DNA from: Thermoanaerobaculia bacterium
Lineage (GTDB): Bacteria > Acidobacteriota > Thermoanaerobaculia > JALWYX01
DNA: 64,000 nt
Direction: 5' to 3'
NCBI GenBank assembly: GCA_027078415.1
Contig: JALWYX010000034.1
Location: forward strand, 60,423-124,422
Part shown: positions 61,521 to 64,000 of the stretch, piece by piece
How the letters are laid out: each line of letters opens with the position of its first letter
How positions within the stretch are numbered: the first letter of the stretch is position 1
Made by a program: the position numbers and the translations under genes
Notes under the pieces: generated by a model
What the model saw: the letters and a program-made list of their open reading frames with translations, nothing else
Told to the model about the DNA's origin: nothing
The model's database searches: none

Positions 61521-62873
61521 GTGAAATATAAAAAACTTTTACACAAATTAACACCAATTATCCTATACCCCCCCATAACTCTAATAATAAGTTTCAGCAT
61601 ACTCATATCGATAGGAACAGTGCTACTCTCAACAAAAGCAGCTGTAAAAGGCGAAACACTTTCTCTTACAGATGCTCTATTCACCGCTACAAGCGCAAGT
61701 TGCGTAACAGGGTTAACTGTTGTAAACACAGGGGATAAATTCACCCTTTTTGGGCAACTGGTCATCCTGCTCCTGATTCAATTAGGTGGACTAGGGATTA
61801 TGACTTTCTCTTTCATAATATTAGGTATACTTGGGAAAAAAATAGGATTCAGAGGCAGACATATAGTAGAAAAAACTTTAATAGGTCCGGAAAAGCCTGT
61901 AGATGTAAAAGACATTCTGAAAACAATTGTTATTTTCACTTTAACTATAGAAAGTATAGGTGCATTTTTTCTATGGTTAGCGTGGATCCCTGAGATGGGG
62001 ATAAAACAAAGTGTATATTACGCAATATTTCACAGTATATCCGCATTTTGCAACGCTGGTTTCTCACTTTTTACCAACAGTTTAGAAGGCTATTCAACAC
62101 ACATAACTTTAAATATCATAGTAATGCTTTTGATATTTCTAGGAGGCATAGGTTTTATAGTAGTGTACGAAGTTTTAGAACTATTTAGAAAGAACACCAA
62201 ACTATCCCTTCACTCCAAAATAGTACTTAGCGCATACTGTGTACTGTACCTTATAGGTTCTATCCTCTTCTACATTTCTGAAAAAGAACTGTTAAAAGAA
62301 AACAATATTTTAGAAAAAATAGTAATATCGATATTTCAAAGTGTAACTACACGAACAGCAGGATTTAACACTGTAGAAATAGGAGCGCTTTCTCCAACTA
62401 CACTGTTTGTTCTTATCTTACTTATGGCTATAGGTGGAGCACCAGGTTCAACTGCAGGAGGATTAAAAGTAACAACTTTTACAGTACTTATAGCAGCAAG
62501 TCTAACACGTATAAGAGGACATAGAAACGTCAACATATTTTACCGCACTTTGCCACGCGAAGTAGTATACGAAGCAGTTATGCTTTCCATAATAGGTTTT
62601 CTCCTAGCTACAAGCGCTACAGTTGTATTTATGCTCAATGCAGGCACCAGAGAACACTCTTTTTTTATACAAGGCTTTTTTGAAGTTGTATCAGCTCTTG
62701 GAACCGTAGGACTTTCCACCGGGATAACTCCTTTCCTAAGCGATAGTAACAAATTACTCATAGCAGCACTCATGTTTATAGGAAGACTCGGACCTTTAAC
62801 GTTAGCAGGAGCATTAGCATTAAAACAGGATTTTGATATACGATACGCAAAAGAACCTGTAATAATAGGGTGA
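61521..62873 (+). CDS. trkH: TrkH/KtrB family potassium uptake membrane protein
   Basis: Fourfold M1-P-M2 repeats with selectivity-filter Gly residues (CVTGLTVV, NAGFS, RTAGFN, STGIT). Confidence 0.9.
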   Translation: MKYKKLLHKLTPIILYPPITLIISFSILISIGTVLLSTKAAVKGETLSLTDALFTATSASCVTGLTVVNTGDKFTLFGQLVILLLIQLGGLGIMTFSFIILGILGKKIGFRGRHIVEKTLIGPEKPVDVKDILKTIVIFTLTIESIGAFFLWLAWIPEMGIKQSVYYAIFHSISAFCNAGFSLFTNSLEGYSTHITLNIIVMLLIFLGGIGFIVVYEVLELFRKNTKLSLHSKIVLSAYCVLYLIGSILFYISEKELLKENNILEKIVISIFQSVTTRTAGFNTVEIGALSPTTLFVLILLMAIGGAPGSTAGGLKVTTFTVLIAASLTRIRGHRNVNIFYRTLPREVVYEAVMLSIIGFLLATSATVVFMLNAGTREHSFFIQGFFEVVSALGTVGLSTGITPFLSDSNKLLIAALMFIGRLGPLTLAGALALKQDFDIRYAKEPVIIG

Positions 62874-62877
62874 TAAT

Positions 62878-63534
62878 ATGGCAAGTGTACTGGTTATAGG
62901 ATTAGGAAGATTCGGCTCACACGTAGTTAAATATCTAAATGAGGAAGGACACCAAGTTGTAGCTGTAGATATAAATCCAGAAAATGTAGATAGAGTAAAA
63001 GATGTTTGCGACAAAGCTATCCTAATGGATGCTCAAGACAAAGAAGCGCTAGAAGCTATAGGAACAGATAGTATAGATGTAGCTATAGTATCTCTAGGAG
63101 AACGAGTAGACGTATCCTGCCTAGTTTCTTTACATCTTAAAGACTTAGGAGTTCCACGTATAATAACAAAAGCTGGTTCATACGAACACCAACGGCTGCT
63201 ATCTCTTATAGGAGTAGATGAAATAGTATTTCCTGAAATGGAAGCAGCAGAAAGATTAGCAAAAAAGATATCTGGAACTTCGCTCATAGATATAATACCT
63301 TTAGCCGTAGGATACGGAATACACGAGATCGCTCCACCTCCTTCTTTCATAGGCCATTCATTGGCAGAATTGAGAATACGAAACCGCTTCAACGTTCAAG
63401 TTATAGGTATTAGAGATCTACTAAAACAAGAACTCCTACTTAACCCTCCACCAGATATTAAAATAAAAGACTCCGATTCGCTACTTATTTTAGGGAAAGA
63501 TGAGGACCTTGAAAGACTAGAAAAACTAGAATAA
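62878..63534 (+). CDS. trkA: TrkA/KtrA potassium uptake regulatory protein (RCK N and C domains)
   Basis: VLVIGLGRFGSHV Rossmann motif. Adjacent to trkH. Confidence 0.9.
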   Translation: MASVLVIGLGRFGSHVVKYLNEEGHQVVAVDINPENVDRVKDVCDKAILMDAQDKEALEAIGTDSIDVAIVSLGERVDVSCLVSLHLKDLGVPRIITKAGSYEHQRLLSLIGVDEIVFPEMEAAERLAKKISGTSLIDIIPLAVGYGIHEIAPPPSFIGHSLAELRIRNRFNVQVIGIRDLLKQELLLNPPPDIKIKDSDSLLILGKDEDLERLEKLE

Positions 63535-63548
63535 ATCAATATATAAAC

Positions 63549-64000
63549 TCATAACTCTTCATGTCGCAACCTATTTATCTTGGAAATGAGTTTTTTTCGA
63601 ATCAAATCTACATGCATATGGAGGTGATACAGCTCTTCCATATAAGACAAAGGAACCTTAACCTTCGACGTTTCCTGCTCTATCTTCTCCACCTCTTTAA
63701 GAAGTTCCTCAAATTTCTTAAGCTCTTTGTCCTTCCTCATAGAAAGCTCGATCTCTCGTAGAACCTTATACCATTTATATATCCTTCTTCTTATACCCCA
63801 CCTATAAAGAGGAGGAATAACTTTAAAAAGGGGAAACATAAGTGTTAACAAAGGTATAAACAATATTTTAAGTCTGTCAATCAGTGAAGCTAACCAAAAA
63901 GAAGGAATTATCCTGTATAGCAAACCAGGGCCTCTTTCTAAATAAATACGTGCAGTCTTAGGTTGAGGAAAATCTAACAACCGCGAAGAAGGGAATTCCT
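63549..64000 (-). CDS. Hypothetical protein, 5' end beyond the window (partial)
   Basis: Frame stays open to base 64000; the ORF-track start is a TTG. Hydrophobic N-part and charged helical C-part. Confidence 0.4.
   Translation of the reverse strand, partial: EFPSSRLLDFPQPKTARIYLERGPGLLYRIIPSFWLASLIDRLKILFIPLLTLMFPLFKVIPPLYRWGIRRRIYKWYKVLREIELSMRKDKELKKFEELLKEVEKIEQETSKVKVPLSYMEELYHLHMHVDLIRKKLISKINRLRHEEL

Noticed and set aside
1-64000. CRISPR arrays, IS elements or integrases, prophage or defense-island genes
   Set aside because: No direct-repeat/spacer periodicity, transposase, integrase or restriction-modification-like ORFs were detected. The accessory character here comes from the hydrolase and glycosyltransferase paralogs rather than mobile DNA.

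Overview
This is a low-GC (about 33-36%) bacterial chromosomal segment, gene-dense on both strands, with thermophile-like codon and amino-acid usage (AGA/AGG Arg, ATA Ile, K/E/I-rich proteins). Housekeeping genes I recognise with confidence:
- sucC-sucD-ndk operon
- RelA/SpoT (p)ppGpp synthetase/hydrolase
- rpmB (ribosomal protein L28)
- trkH-trkA K+ uptake pair
- pdxH and YqgE/AlgH
- an acyl-CoA dehydrogenase / methylmalonyl-CoA epimerase / Zn-ADH / HIT operon
- a tRNA-Sec (selC, anticodon UCA) at 10745-10836 on the minus strand.

The accessory content is dominated by secreted or lipoprotein hydrolases:
- two M28 peptidases
- a tandem M16 peptidase pair
- an M32 carboxypeptidase
- a trypsin-like protease
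- an HEXXH lipoprotein
- an OPT peptide transporter operon with an AidB-like acyl-CoA dehydrogenase.

The most unusual feature is an expansion of alkaline-phosphatase-superfamily enzymes. Five sulfatase-family lipoproteins (28852-38161) carry Thr/Ser/Val at the formylglycine position and His/Val where the CxPxR arginine would be (T-x-P-S-H), so they are not classical sulfatases. Three NPP/type-I phosphodiesterase-like proteins (47424-54046) flank a divergently encoded small sulfotransferase. These sit next to a WbaP/GT4/GT2/GT2 polysaccharide cluster. Four of these hydrolases, from two different catalytic families, plus a 65-aa RHH-like protein end in the same C-terminal tail ([DE][DE]xLKxLGY[LI]-COOH). 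I have not seen this tail described and read it as a candidate sorting or partner-recognition signal.

Several 300-870 bp ORF-free intergenic spacers, A+C-rich on the plus strand, are also notable. No CRISPR arrays or obvious mobile elements were seen. Several ORF-track starts (TTG/GTG-extended, or overlapping divergent genes) were corrected using RBS and signal-peptide logic; those coordinates are approximate.
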